This document shows, one piece after another, positions 13,833 to 28,499 of a stretch of 64,000 bases of DNA. The position numbers and the translations under genes were made by a program. This DNA is from Octopus sinensis (Eukaryota): positions 155,992,001 to 156,056,000 of the forward strand of contig NC_042997.1 in assembly GCF_006345805.1 (NCBI RefSeq). Direction: 5' to 3'. The stretch's first letter is position 1; every line of letters starts with the position of its first letter. Under the pieces are notes generated by a model that was not told where the DNA came from, did not search any database, and saw only the letters and a program-made list of their open reading frames with translations.

Positions 13833-16800
13833 TATGTATGTGTGTGTATGTATATATATATATGTGCATACATATATCCAAATTGAGAGAGTGGAACATG
13901 CAAAATCCAGGTTACATATGTTTCCTTGCTAACAATAATTACTCAACAAGGGGTACTCAGCCAGCTATTCATCGGGCTGAATATAGCTTAACTATATGAA
14001 GGTTACATTGTCACTTGGGAATCCCAAGTTACAACAATCAACGTCAAATTATTGTTCCTGAATGTTGTTTTTATATACCTACTGCTTGAAGCTTACAAAC
14101 TTTCTACACTTAGATCCTTAGATTTTATAATTACACACACACACACACACATATATATTAGTTATTAGTTAATGACTAATAATTTTATTTTTCTTGTAAG
14201 TGGGAGAGAGAACTCTGGATATATTTTGGTTTTATTCTGATCTCATCAGATATGCAAAGCATTCAAAATCAAACCCAGAACATTGGTCTAAACAAAACAT
14301 TTCTATAGTTACAGTTTTGTAAATAAAGAAATGAATGAGTGGATAAAGCATAGAGATTTGTATCACATTGAGAATTTTATGGGTAAGACATGTTTTCTAT
14401 GTGTCAGTCTATTTAACTAAGAAATAAGTACCAGACATTTGTAGGAAAGTCAACTTAGATAAATAAGCATTCTATCCAATGAAATAATCATCTCAGCTGC
14501 TAAACAATCAGATAAGCACCAACCTGATATTTCTATGTGATTCATGGCTATTGGCCAATGCAGACTTGTTACTTGTTTCCTTAGATTTACTTCAATATTT
14601 TCTAGTATATAATACTTCACACGGAGAAAATTTAGCAACAACTGAGAAAGCAGCTACATAGCCTAGCATTTCTACCATGATCTTCCCATTTTTCCGCACC
14701 CAAATTGTATAACCTGGATTACACTCAATGTGTGTTTTTTAAGACAGTAGAGAGATCTGGTTGCTATTTCTAGCATATCAAGAGACCACAAACAAGATCC
14801 TCCATTCACTTGTAGTGGTAATAGTATATACAGGAACACCACCAATTTTCCAGTACTTTTGGTTTCAAAGCCTTCAATGATTAACCATTTGCTGGACCGT
14901 CCACGGTCTCCTAAGAATAAATCATCAACTGTAACTCACTAATTATATCACACAACTTCTACTTTAGAAAAATGTTTGACTTAAAGGTCAATATAGATTA
15001 GCGTTTATTTTTGACACTATCACTGATGCTCTCAGTTATCTTACCTGTAGTAGCCATAGCTAAGCTAAATAAGCAGAGAATCTCTCAAAATTTTGGCATC
15101 ACTAATAACAAGTGCAGTGTAAGTAATGTGTGTAAACACATAGTATATACAACACTATCTATCATCCTGTAGTGAACTAGACTAGTGGTTATGAGAATTT
15201 CAAATCCCCACCTTGTAATTTTTCCAGATTAAAGGAAGTGTGTGACCATCATTTGCTGTAAAATCAGTAGTGTACCTATATAGGTCTCTTTAGCAGCTCT
15301 TGCATTACTGGTATTGTTTTCTTGCAGTTGAGACTTGTGTCTCATGTCACCAATGCAATATATTTTTATGGAGTCACTTCAGTAGTAGAAATATTGGAGC
15401 AAATGCCTAATGGCTCTTTATGATATGAATTCAATCCTACCATAGTTAATTGACTGCCTTTCATATTTTTCTCGAGACTGACAAAATAAGTGATAGTCTA
15501 GTACTTGGGTTGAGTTAATGGATTGTGGCTTTGTTCACCTCAGTATTGTATAGTCTTGAGGGTACTTGGTGACCTCACCAGTGCTGGTGCCATGAAAAAG
15601 CACCCAGTATACTCTGAAGTAGTTGGCATGAGGAAGCACATTCAACTGTAGTAACCATGCCAAAGCAGAAATTGGAGCTCAGCACAGCCCTCTGGTTCAT
15701 CAATTCACACCAAACTGTCCAGCCCATACCAGCATAAGAAAAGGGACATTAAATGATGATGATAATAATGATAATTAAAATTATGTGAGTGGTGAATTGG
15801 CAGAACCATTAGATTGTCAGACAAAATGCTTTGCAGTATTTATTCCAGCTCCATACCTTTTGAGTTCAAATTCAGCTAAGATCAACTTTGTTTTTCATCT
15901 CTTTGCAGTCAATAACAGCCAAGTACTACAGTAGATGGTAATGACTAAACCTCTCCTCTAAATTTCTAACCTTGTACCTATGTTAGAACAGGCTGTGAAT
16001 TGGCAGAACTGTTAGAGCACCAATGTTAGAAAAGGCTGTGAATTGGCGGAACTGTTAGAGCACCAGTCAAAATGCCTTGTGATATTCGTTATAGTCTCCT
16101 ATGTCTTGGATTCAAGTCTCACCAAGGCTAACTTTGCATTTTATCACTTTAGAGGTCAATACAATAAAGTACCAGTCAAATATTGGGATTGGTGGCACAA
16201 ACTAACACCACTTAAAAATTACTGGCATTGTGTTTAAATCAAAAACCATTATTTTTGTTGTCTAGGGAGAATCACTATGTCAATATCAATAACACACAGA
16301 CACTGATCCAATTCCACTCCTTTATTATTTTTGTTATTGTTACAGTTGCTGTGTTAGGAAAAGAAAAGTAACAATATTTTAATCTATATAGGTGGAGTTC
16401 TATAAAGTTATGAACATTCTTAAAAGAATCAACTTTACCCTATTTTTCGATATACAGGCTTAATTTTTCAGACCAAAATTCACAGCAAAACAGTATAGGT
16501 TGACCTATATGCCAAGGCAACTGCAGAACCAAAGATTCCATGTGAAATGCAGCAGGATTTGGAAAGTGTGACACTGTTTGAATGTTTATGCTACATGTTT
16601 ACATGATACACTACATTGACTTGTATGCCAGAAAATATGACATACAGTTTATTGATTTGGAAGTGAGCACCAATGTTGACTAGGTGAACTATCAAGACTC
16701 ATAAATAGCTCAATGCTATCACAAGATACAGAGAAATATGATCAGTCACCATGGTTTTTTTTTTCAGAAGCTTGTCACCATATTAGGTCCATGTGTACCA

Positions 16801-17104
16801 CTACGCAAATTTCCCAGCTGTAACTGTATCGAGTGAGTGGTGACATCATGTTTACAAAAAAATATGTAAACTGATCAAACATTTCACAGCTGGATGTTCT
16901 CCATACTGTACACTGAAGTATGTTGAGAGGAAGATATGAGAATTATTGCAACACAATTAACATAACTGACTATAATTACACACACACGTACACAGAGTAA
17001 AAGACACTTGCAGAAGGTGTTACACAGTAGGGATTTAATCTGAAACTATATGGTTGCATAGAACTCCATCACACAGTACCTGTATGGGTATATAAATATA
17101 TAGT

Positions 17105-17264
17105 TAATCCAAACATGAAAACACAACAACACGAGGATGTGGAACAAATATAGTATTATTGGACGCTCAGAAAAAAAGGGAAGAAGGAGGGTTTTACGTT
17201 TCGAGCGGAGCTCTTCGTCAGAAACATAGGAAAAGGAAAGATCCAGAGAAGGGAAGACAGAGGG

Positions 17265-17295
<31 letters not shown>

Positions 17296-17320
17296 GCCAA
17301 CGGTACACATGCGGTCACAT
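17105..17320 (-). mobile_element. Penelope-derived non-autonomous element remnant
   Basis: Carries CTGACGAAG...CGAAACG, typical of PLE termini; CpG-rich compared with its flanks; internal poly-A run. Confidence 0.45.
17191..17225 (-). ncRNA. Minimal type I hammerhead-like motif
   Basis: Minus strand GTTT CTGACGA A GAGC TCC GCTC GAAA CG TA AAAC: 4-bp stem I, 4-bp stem II, an extra A after A9, loopless ACGT stem III. Confidence 0.5.
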
Positions 17321-20300
17321 TTTGAATTATATACATATATATTATATAATACATACATATATATATATATATATATATGCATTCATTTAATGCCTGTTTT
17401 TCAACCCACACCTGTTTCTGAGCGAGGTAATATTTGTTATTCCTCATAGAAAACTGGAATTAAACAACCTTACTTGTAGGATAATGGTGCTCATTTACAA
17501 CCATCTAGACAGGGACACACACAACAAGCTTCTTTCAGTTTCCACCTACCCAATCTACTAACAAAATCTTTGGTTGGCCCACAGCTATAGTGGAAGACAT
17601 TTGGCCAAGGTGCCACACAGTTGGATTGAACCTAAGACCACATGATTGGGAAGCAAGCTTATAGCCATGCCTGTGCTTACACATATGCACGCATGCACAC
17701 ACAGGCTCACTGCCATGCCTCTGCCTATAACCAATAGATCTTATAATTCTAAGTCTCCATTTATTTCAGTTGTTGCTTAGCCTCATGTCAATCGAGACCC
17801 TATTATTGAATGCTTTCCCATTGTGATCATACTGTTCTGTCTTAGACAACAATTTCTGTCAAACTGTTATTAGTTATATAAATTTGATGGTTGTTTTTCT
17901 TTGAAGACTGATCTGGAATATAGAAAAAGTTAAAAGTAATATACTGCCCACTAAAACCTATTGGAAGGAGTTAATAGCAGAAACCAAAATAAGAAATATG
18001 AAAATATAGAGAAAAGAAAAAGATTGGAGGTATAGAGAAAAGATGACAGGAGAAACAAAAATATATAAGATAAAGCTATATCAAAATAAAACAAAAGAAA
18101 GCCGACTATATAACCTAAGATCTTGTATAAACAACATGGAGGCTCCTCACAATATTATTTCATCAAACTTCTGGCAACAAAATTTCCTAGTAATCAACAA
18201 ACACTTCATTTCATGTCTTTTGTAATTTTTGCACACATTTCAAGATAACCCACTGTGAAATATAATGATTAGATTCCAACTAGCAGTAGCAGCAGTAGTG
18301 GTAGTAGAAAGCACCGATTCTCATCAATTTTACCTAAATAACAAAGTTTCTTTACTAAAGGTAATGTAAATGAAAAAAAATCCTGTTTTATGTTAGCATA
18401 TATGCACATTCGCTTACATCTTATTTACAGTTTACATTATATAAAATGTCCAGAATATAAAATGACTAATAGTAAATATTTCACTGCAGCACAGTTGATA
18501 CCAATTAAAGTAGCAAATAGCAACCTCAAATACAATGATAGTATGATGGAAAAATTACCAACAGCAAAGTGTGTGTGTGTGTGCTTGCAACCATACACAA
18601 AACATTGAGATATATCATTAAGCTGTTCCCTCAAGTGTTATCAAAATACTAACATGTTACTCTAGTGTCCTACCTTTACATAGCAGTCTATTGCCTATGA
18701 AGAATGCCTGATGTGGAAATAAAATATCCATACCAAATCAAGCAACATAAATTCATTGCTATATCAAACCAAATATTCCAATAGATTGCCCAAAGTATTT
18801 TGGTGATACTCAAAAGAAATACTGTAGAAGGTGGGGAGTTGATTCAATCAATTTTACAAATTAATTAAAAATGATAAGTGAAAAATAATAAATAAAATTT
18901 TTGAAAATTCTAATTCTAGTGGTTTTGAATTAATGATTGTCTAGGGATTTTTGGTTTGGTTAATTTATATGAAAATATCAAAATGTAATAAAATATATTT
19001 TATTTAACTGTCAGTTTTAACAGGTACAAAATAAGTAAAAGTTGAAAGAAAAGTTTAAAAAAGCAATTTGCTTAATTCAAACAAGAATATTCCTTTTTTT
19101 AAAAACAAAACTAAGAAATAAATTCTGCTAAGCAAAGAAAATAATGTAAAATGGATTTAAAAAATAGATACATTTAATACAAAAGTGACAGTTATACTAG
19201 TTATTTAACAACCAAATTTAAATGCCCAGATTTTCTCTGAAAAAATAAAAAATATTAATATTCATAGATTTCTAAATCAAAGGCATAAGATGTGTATGGA
19301 ATTTCTATTGTCTATATCCATATAAAGACCAGGATACTTCACTCTGGCAAACCAAGTAGAATGAACCACTTGCATAATATCAAAACTGCAAAGTTTGATG
19401 AAGTCCCTTTTTCAATTATCAAAGTAGTTAAATAACATATTGAATCAAAACGAGAATTCTGAAAAAATATTAGAAGAATACAAATAAAATATCTCTTGAT
19501 AATTTAGTGAGAAAAAAAAAATTTGAAATTAGTTTTTCTCCAATGGTGAATTATATATATATATATATATAAAATGCTTGAAATTCAGCAATTTGACAAT
19601 ATCTGAAGAGAAACTCATTTTAGTTTTCTAACAACATTCATTATATTAAACCATCTGAAAACTATTCTTTTTACCAATTCATTATTTTTTTCTACTTAAT
19701 AATTTTGATACTAATCTACAATGAAGCTGCCTTTGGTTCTATAAAACAAATTCCCCATTTACAGTGATTCAAAATCTTCCATAAAAATTTCCTGTTAATT
19801 TATATTCAAAAAAACATAAGCTTAATAATCACAAAATCATATTAATAAATCCTTCGCTATTTTCAAAATTAATTGAAACAAAAGCCGTATATTTCAATAT
19901 AAATATCGCAACGAAAGGGTTAAAAACAACTTTTCCCCTGATTCAAGTGCTATATCAATGTAGCTAATAGAAATAGTATTGTTTGCTTATTCCAGACAAG
20001 TTTAATTATTTAAAGTGCCAGTCTGAAATAAAGTGTAGCTGTTTGTTTTAAAATGTTTATTTGAAAACCTCATCAATTTCAAATTCTATTGATTTGATTA
20101 CTTTGCATCTTATTCACATGGGCAGTAAACAGTGGATATGGAAAGAGTTTGAGCAACATTAAATAACAGTGCTGGCCTAACTTCAGATTTTGTGTTAGAG
20201 AGGAAATTGTACAAAATTTACAATTTAATGGTCACAACAAATAAATAAATCTAATTTTTACCTCTTTAAAGTTCAGAGAAACCAATATATATCTTTAAAA

Positions 20301-22224
20301 TCAAATCACTTCACAAAAAATAGATTTGGTTTGAGAGGCAGTAAATATTCAACTAATTGAAGTAATCCTTAAATACAGATCAGTTCAGTAAATCAGCTGC
20401 TAAAATCTCTAAAAGTACTAAAACTCCAAAATTATGACCAAACCACTTATGGATTAGGTAAGTCTGTGGGAATGGTTCATCCTCGCTTCTCTTAAAAGTG
20501 AAAGTAGACAATTCCTTTTGATAAAATGAAACAAATCCAGGGAAATTAGTGAACTTCTACATTAAAAAATAATTCATGCAAAAACTTTACAAAGTGAAAT
20601 TAATTTTGCCACAAAGAAAAAAATCAAGTGTTTACTGATATAAAATATTAATACTGTTATGAGTAAACATTTCATCTTCCTCTGACAAAAAAGAACCTTA
20701 AACAATGCTTTTCCCTTACAGTAGAAAAAAGAACAAAAATTCCTCTTTGCAAAATGCTTTTGTTAGTTTTTCCATGAAGCCTCATCTTCATATCAAATAA
20801 CTTCATCTATTTCCAGAAAGCCACATGCTTCCAACTTGTATCATTAACTTGTATCATTCTTTCATGTCTACACCAATACAGTTAGTTATCTGCCTTGGAT
20901 GTACAAACCAACATTTCTAATTTCCACTACTTTTGAACTTGTATTTGCCTTTAGTCAGTCTTTCAATATCACACCACACAACAAAAGATAAATGATTTCA
21001 AACCCTCACATTCCATGTTTAGATTTAATATTGAACTTTCATTCTGTTGCAATCATTTGGACTAAGTCCTTCTGGTTCCCTGCCTGTGTACATTGACTAT
21101 TTTGGCATATACAATCCTTGATACTATCTGGCTATGATTAGATTTGGCATCAACTCTACTGATCTTATGGGTCCGGGAGGTTCTGCAGAGTTCACGAACT
21201 AGACCCTTTCTCCTTTGCTTAACTTAAGAAAAAAAAAGAAAACCTGATATGCAGTTTACAACCTAACTACCATTCATAGAGATTAAAAACAAATTCCTCA
21301 CATTTGCATCCAATTAAATTTTATGATGCCAGTTAAATATTATGCTGCTCCTCCAGCTAAAGTAACAGATGCTTTGATTCTGAATTAAAATATCATATAA
21401 AGAAACGTTAATTGTTACTCTATCAACAATATTTGAATGACAAAATATTTCTCTCTATGCAAAATATCTACTACTGCAATAGACAAAGAGTCCACTCAAA
21501 GCTCAAGATGTATGAAACCAAATTCAAATTCACTGATTAGTAGTCACTATGGAGACTTTATTTGAAAACAGCCACTCAATGGGTATGGCAGCTAACTTAC
21601 CTTTAACAGGAAAGAGAAACACTCAGAATTCCAAAAGAAATTATGCTTGGCAAAAACATGCTTTAAAAAGAAGGATTTGTATGTTTTGTCAGAGAAGGTA
21701 AAGTATGAATAGAATCATCTTATCATCAGTTGCATGTCTAATGTGCAAGCTTAGGAATGAGATGATTGGGTGCAACTGTTTTGATACTGATGATTCAGCA
21801 CAACTTATTGAACATTCAATTTGTTTCAGCAACAGTATATTTTTGGCACTAGAGTTAAATACACATGCACAAACAGGACACAGAAATATACACATACTGA
21901 TAAACAAAGAGAGCATGAAAGACAGAAGAAGACAATGAGAACGAGACGCTCGCTGACAAAGAGAGAGAGGCAATGAAAGAAATATTAAAATGTCTGATGT
22001 CAAATAAGTCAGCACTTTGAATCAGTGACGCCAAAATGGTTGTGCCAAAATGTCTTATACCCTACAGCCATGGATTGCAGAGTTTTATAATGTAGCAGCC
22101 TTCTATGTCTTTATGAAATGGATTTTTTTTTTGTAGAGTTCAATGTTTTAAAATTTGTTATTACTTTGGTTAGTGTGTCTACTAAATACGCTTTATATAA
22201 TTATATTATATAATTATATTATGT

Positions 22225-22438
22225 GCCAGCTCTGTCTGGCACCTGTGCGGGTGGCACGTAAAAAGCACCCACTACACTCACGGAGTGGTTGGCGTTAGGA
22301 AGGGCATCCAGCCGTAGAAACACTGCCAGATTTGACTGGGCCTGATGAAGCCTTCTGGCTTCACAGACCCCAGTAGAACCGTCCAACCCATGCTAGCATG
22401 GAAAACGGACGCTAAACGATGATGATGATGATGATGAT
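22225..22438 (+). mobile_element. Short RTE-tail element (family B)
   Basis: GGCGTTAGGAAGGGCATCCAGC...GCTAGCATGGAAAACGGACGCTAAACGATGATG. Other copies at ~10140-10290, 15560-15770, 23638-23945, 25590-25768, 30370-30545, 47480-47960 and 60085-60230. Confidence 0.85.
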
Positions 22439-22471
22439 ATATTAGCAACAGAAGCAGTATTAATACAGAGA

Positions 22472-22837
22472 GGTAATATTTATCCCCACTTAAGCATGGA
22501 TGTTTTGTTAGAACAAACTATACTGCAGTAGTTAGCATGAGAGAAACTCCCATATTGGCTTATGGTGCAAAACACACTCTTGTTTATATCATTAGTGGGG
22601 GAATAAATCCTCACCGCCTCCAGTGCTGAGACCAGCAGATCACAAGATGGTTGAAATCACATGGTCTAGTAGTCTTAAGAACAGGAGGTAGCAGAGATTT
22701 ATCCCCACCACGACTAGCAATACAAACAAGAGTGCATTTTGTATCAAGAATCAATATGGGAAGTTCTCTCACAGTAACTGCCGCAGTATAGTTTGTTCCA
22801 ACAGAACATCCACACTTATGTGGGGATAAATATTACC
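22472..22837. mobile_element. Palindromic MITE-like element
   Basis: Ends GGTAATATTTATCCCCAC / GTGGGGATAAATATTACC (18/18); arms roughly 80% complementary over >135 bp; no TSD seen. Confidence 0.75.
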
Positions 22838-23094
22838 ATTTTATATAGATGACTCATGCTATGTTTTCATCCATCTTGCATACTTCATTCATAATGAATG
22901 TTCACACACTGACATTTCTCTAACATACAACAACCAATACTTTGTTAGTTCACCTGAACTGTTATATTAAGTCAAGAACATCACATACACACTTCCATCA
23001 GGAAATAATGAAATCAGATATGTTATAAATGAAAGAAAAGGAAATGTTCTCTTACAAATCAACACCAACACTACCTATAAACTGTGGTTTTTAA

Positions 23095-23303
23095 CCCTTT
23101 CGTTACCAACCCGGCTGAAACCAGCTCTGGCTCTGAGTACAAATGTCTTGTTTTCATAAGTTTTGAATTAAAATCTTCCACCAAACCTTAGTCACAATTT
23201 ATGTTCCTAATGATAACTAAGTTATTTTACTAAATTCTTTGTTATATTTAAAATAATTGAAAGAAACACAGAGCATCTCAAAATAAATACAGTAACGAAA
23301 GGG
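23095..23303. mobile_element. piggyBac-type MITE
   Basis: TTAA|CCCTTTCGTTAC ... GTAACGAAAGGG|TTAA: perfect 12-bp TIR and TTAA TSD. Confidence 0.9.
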
Positions 23304-26271
23304 TTAACTTGACCAGTAGTAGCCCCTTCAAATTGACAAGAAATTATTTCCTATCTTTTACCAATTTGGTGTAACCTTTCTTTACTTTGTTCAAGCACAA
23401 CTATGGCCAAATCCAGGTGTAGCCATTGAAGAGCCCTGCTCTGATTTGCTCGAGCATACCTACAGCAAATCAATCAACGATTATCCTGTCATTATTGTTT
23501 TTCATTACTTAGGTTCAGAGAAATTATTTAATAGCAGTGAAGAACTTGTTAAGGTTAATTTATTTACTATATTAAACATTTTGTAAAATTTATCTTAAGA
23601 TCAATGATAATTTTCCTAAAATTTCAAGAAATGTAGCCATCATTATCATCATTTAATGTCCATTGCCCATGCTGGCATGGGTTGGATGGTTTGACCGGTA
23701 AACTGGAAGGCTGCACCAGACTCCAGTCTGATTTAGCAGGGTTTTCTATGGCTGGATGCCCTTCCTCATGCCAACCAAACTGAGAGTGTAATGGATGCTT
23801 TTATGTGCCACCAGTACAGGTGCCATTTGCGTGACACTGGGATCTGCCACAACTGCGACTTTACTTGGCTTGGTGGGTCTTCTCAAGCAATGATAATGCC
23901 AAAGGTCTCAGTCACTGTCTCTGTGAGGTCCAGCACTTGAAAAGAACTCAGCCACTTTGCCAATAAATATTTTATCAGATTAAAAAAATTGAACACCAAT
24001 GAAAAATAAAAGCTTTAAAACAACCCTCATGAGAGTTTTCTTATTGAGGAAACTACTTGGACACAAAACTTATTAATGGATCTGAAGGAAAGGAAGTATT
24101 ATTTGGATTACATCATTAAAATGCAAAAATGCAGCTACATTTATTGTATGGTATATATACATGATATGGCTTACTCCAATTTAAAACTACAGACATATAT
24201 ATATATACATACACAGACATAAAAGTGTGTGTGTGTGTGTGTGTATCACACTGTGTCAATAGTGAGCTTTTTCCTTTCCTGTATTTCTTTCTGTCTTCAA
24301 GTAGAGAAGAGAAACATTAAGCCTCAAACCATTTTCCACTTGTCTGTCAAAAATAATTAAGAAAGATAATGGACATAGGATACTAATGCTCTAACTAGCG
24401 ACATATGAAAAACAAAAAAACTTGGGGAAGTTCATATGAGTAATGATGTTGAAATGTGTGTTTATGTAAGGAAGTTAGTGTTAATTAGGGGATTGAAAGA
24501 GGAAATTTGCAGCTGGCTAAAGGGATGTTTGAATCCAAATTAATAATGGAGCAGGTCAAATTAAGTACTGACATAGTACACACAAAGTATAATATATATA
24601 TATATATATATATACACATTCATATATATGCATGTATTTACGTATATGTGTATATACATATATATGTATAAAGGCTAAGACACTAGCTCCACCTTCACTG
24701 AAGAAATAAATGACACACACAAACAACGGTTTCACTAGGATATTCTTTTACCAAAAAATTTGTTTATGCAAAAAATATTCAACACAAAATTTATTACCTA
24801 ATTTTAATAACCAAGAATTGAGAAGTTTAGAGGCTAAACAATTAACTTTTGACATTAATACTATTTAACCAATGAAATCTACTATCTTTCCTGTAATAAT
24901 GATATTGCAGTTCAAGATTTGAATTCAAATATGACTGCAAGCTATCTTGGAAGGTGGGTGTTAGAAATGTTAAATATAGTTACAGTTAATGTATGGCTAT
25001 TGAAAGATTGTCTACAGTAATATTATGATTGAGGTTAACAAAACTAAAATTCACATCAGTAAATAAAATAGAATAAATCAGAATAAATGACTGCAGAGGT
25101 GTAGGAAGCTTATAAGAAAGTATTGTGGATCATATATATATGATTCATGAATGAGTGGATAATTTTGGCACAAACAGAAGAAATTTAGAGATGCTCAATA
25201 TAGAAAACAGTAGCACTCAAATGATTTGAGCTCCCCAGAAACAGCTGTCAGACCTTTAACATCATACCTTCTCCTTTAATTTACTGTGCCTTTGTACTCT
25301 GTATAAGTTTGCTCAGTTAGTTTATAAATATCTATATATTTATACATGAATACTCATTGTCTGAATATTTTCAGTCTTTGCTTTCTCTCTACATGTATAC
25401 ATGTATGTATATTTTGTACATCTAACCCAAGCAGTTTTATTTATTTGCATCTTTATCTCTCTCTCTCTCTGCTGTGCTTGAAAAGACACATCAAGCTAAG
25501 TAAAAGTGTGGTTGCCCTTGCATACAGGCTCGCAGGTTATCCTTGCAACCCTCTCCAGCTGAACACCCCTAATCTCACAGGCTTGTAGGTGCTGTGTAAA
25601 AGTAGCTAATACACTCTGTAAAGTGGGTGGCATTAGGAAGGGCATCCAGCTGTAGAAACCATGCCAAAAGAGACAGAGAGCCTGAACAGCCCTTCAGCAG
25701 GTCAGCTCCAGTCAAGCCAACCAATCCATGCCAGCATGAAAAATGGACATTAAATGATGATGATGATAAATACTAGAAATAATTTTTTTTAGAAAATGTG
25801 TAAGGGTGAATCTCAACTGGAACAGTGGCTGACTTCAAAACATTGCATAAATAAAGTAAAAATGTATTTTGAAGAGCTTAAACATGTAATTTTAAGATTA
25901 AATAAACAAAGAATCCATCTTCAAAGTGGGCAATATCACAGGGATTATTAGAAAACAAATCTTAAGAAACATTATTTTTTAAACCTCAATTTTTTAATGG
26001 AAAATTCAAAATTTCAGTAAAAGTAATTCCTTGACAAATATGAAGTGATAAAAAAATCTTATCTTGTTAATTGCTCCTTTATAGAGACCTATTTAGTCTA
26101 AATGGAGCAGACTAAATAATTACACATGAATATTTGGGTTATATAAACAGAATTAAGTGCTACAGCTAGCAGATTTTTACTGTGGCATCATACTATGGCC
26201 GTGGTATTAGAAAGAACTACAGAACTGTAAGAATAGTATACACACTTGCTTCTCTCATTTGTTTAAGATTT

Positions 26272-26660
26272 TTTTTATCTTCTGTCTTTTATTTGTTTAA
26301 GTCATTGGACTGTGGCCATGCTGGGGTACCACCTTGAAGAATTTTAAGTCAAATGAATTGATTCCAGTATTTAATTTTCTTAAGCCGAGTACTTTTATTG
26401 ATCTCTTGCTGAACTGCTAAGTTACAGGGACATAAATACGCCAACACCAGTTGTGAAGCAGTGGGGTGGGGGGTGGGGGCAAACACAAAGACACACACAT
26501 ACATGACTTCTTTCAGTTTCCATTAACCAAATCCACTCATAAGGCTCTGGTTGGCTCAACGCTTATAGTAGAAGACACTTGCCCAAGGTGCCACACAATG
26601 GGACTGAACTGAGAACGATGTGGCTGAGAAGCAAGTTTTTTTACCACACAGCCACATCTA
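26272..26660 (-). mobile_element. SINE family A
   Basis: Colinear with 11262-11703, more diverged. Confidence 0.8.
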
Positions 26661-27230
26661 TGACAAAAAAAAAAAAAAACTTCTCAAAAATAATTAACCT
26701 ATTTGAAGCATGTAGAAAAAATAATTTTATAACTAAAACTATTTACTGGTTTTAAAAATCGAATTTCCAGAGGACATGCCACATTATTTGTATTTTCATG
26801 ATGTGTTAAATGGCTTTGAAAATTTTTCAAAAATAATGTCAATGAGAAAGAAAAAAGAAAGATTAAGAGCTTAGATATTTCCAACACACCCTCCTCCACT
26901 TCTAATTAACATACGTAGCACTACATAAGCACCCATGAAGTAGCAATTCCTTTGGCCAGTTTTCTGAGAGCTAATTAGATTTAGAGAAGTAAAATGTGAC
27001 TCAGCCATGGTCCTTGAACCACTTGATGACCATTGTCCTTAATCTAGGCAAGTCATGTTTATATTAAAAATAAAAAAAACATACTAAGCATTGTTTTTAT
27101 TCATTTGATTTTTATTTATTTATCCTCAAAAAATTCTCAGGAAAAGTTGAATATTACTAAATAAGTAGAAAGAAATCAATTCATCCAACTCAAATACATA
27201 CAAATATATTTTTTCTTCTACTTTATTTAA

Positions 27231-27550
27231 ATGCAGGCAAGGTTGTATGGTTAAGAAGCTTGTTTTGCAATCATGTGGTTTCAGGTTCAGTCCCATTGCA
27301 TAGCACCTTGGGCAAGTGTCTTCTACTATAGCCCTAGGCTGGCTAATGCCTTGTGAGTAAATTTGACAAAGATGGAAGCAGTGTGGAAGTAAGCTGTGTG
27401 TGTGTGTGTGTGTGTCCCCTGTCACTGCTTGACATTACCAGATTTAAAAAAGAAAAAGAAAATGGGGTTGATTTGTTCAACTAAAACTCAAGGAGGTGCC
27501 CCAGCATGGCCATACTCCAACAACTGAAGCAAATAAAGAATAAGAGATAA
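27231..27550 (+). mobile_element. SINE family A (uninterrupted tail)
   Basis: GCACCTTGGGCAAGTGTCTTCTACTATAGCC ... GATTTGTTCAACTAAAACTCAAGGAGGTGCCCCAGCATGGCC. Confidence 0.8.
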
Positions 27551-28284
27551 ATTAAATATTAACTTTACATTATTTTTCAAAAAATAATACCTCAGTGGAA
27601 AGTTTGATGTTTAAATGACTAAGTGCTTGACCATTTTAAAGAGGAAACAAGTGTATTGTAACAAAAATAGTTGGACTTAGTTTATGTTGCATGGCTTTTC
27701 TATCTAACATTAACAGGAAGTGGCTAGCAACTACCAATCAGAGTATATATTTAACCAACAACATTTAAGAAGCTGGCTAAAATTAGAAAAAATATATATA
27801 TAAATCTAAATTATTATGACAACAAAACAAGTCACCTGAACATGTCCTGCCTTGTAAACTATAGCTCTAATAGAGGTTAATATATGTTAGCATCAAAGCA
27901 GTAACTTAAACTTCGTTCATATTTGTAGTAATGACTTGTTCAGCTGCTTAAGTGATATATAATCAAATAGTAGATCTTATCTTTTAAACAATTATTTTCC
28001 CATATTTCACTAGATATATATGTTTCAGCAGCTACAGCTGAAATACAACAGTTAAAATTAACAATTACATGAACAGAAAATAATTGTTACTTTACCAAAC
28101 TGTAAGATGAAACAAAAAATTCTTAATTTATAAATTAATAGATTTGTTTCCATCACCACTACCATCTAACAACTGGTATTTGTTTATGTACTAGTAACCT
28201 AGCAGTTCAGCAAAAGAGGCCTATAAAGTACCAGACTTAAAAAAACAAAAAAACATAAGTACTGGAGTGGATTTCTTTGATTAA

Positions 28285-28499
28285 CCCTTTCGTTACTGTA
28301 TTTATTTTGAGATGCTCTGTGTTTCTTTCAATTACTTTAAATATAACAAAGAATTTAGTAAAATAACTTAGTTACCATTAAGCTAGTATTAGGAACATAA
28401 ATTGTGACTAAGGTTTGGTAGAAGATTTTAATTCAAAATTTATGAAAACAAGACATTTGTACTACAGAGCCAGTTTCAGCCGGGTTGGTAATGAAAGGG
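28285..28499. mobile_element. piggyBac-type MITE, inverted copy of 23095-23303, inserted in a SINE tail
   Basis: TTAA TSD at 28281 and 28500; body is the reverse complement of 23095-23303. Confidence 0.9.

Noticed and set aside
15981-16065. 43-bp tandem duplication
   Set aside because: Two units at the junction of adjacent family-D SINEs; no spacer structure, so not CRISPR-like.
16440-16870. Possible pogo/Tigger-like DNA transposon remnant
   Set aside because: No paired TIRs or readable transposase motif.
4333-18707. Other minus-strand exon-like segments: 18674-18707, 14524-14641, ~4333-4423
   Set aside because: Phases do not chain, no recognisable protein, and such site pairs are common in AT-rich DNA.
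21601-21660. 60-nt phase-0 minus-strand segment with good splice sites (HVFAKHNFFWNSECFSFLLK), the size I recall for ZMYND19 exon 2
   Set aside because: No similarity to the expected TKYTLIDEQDIPLV sequence.
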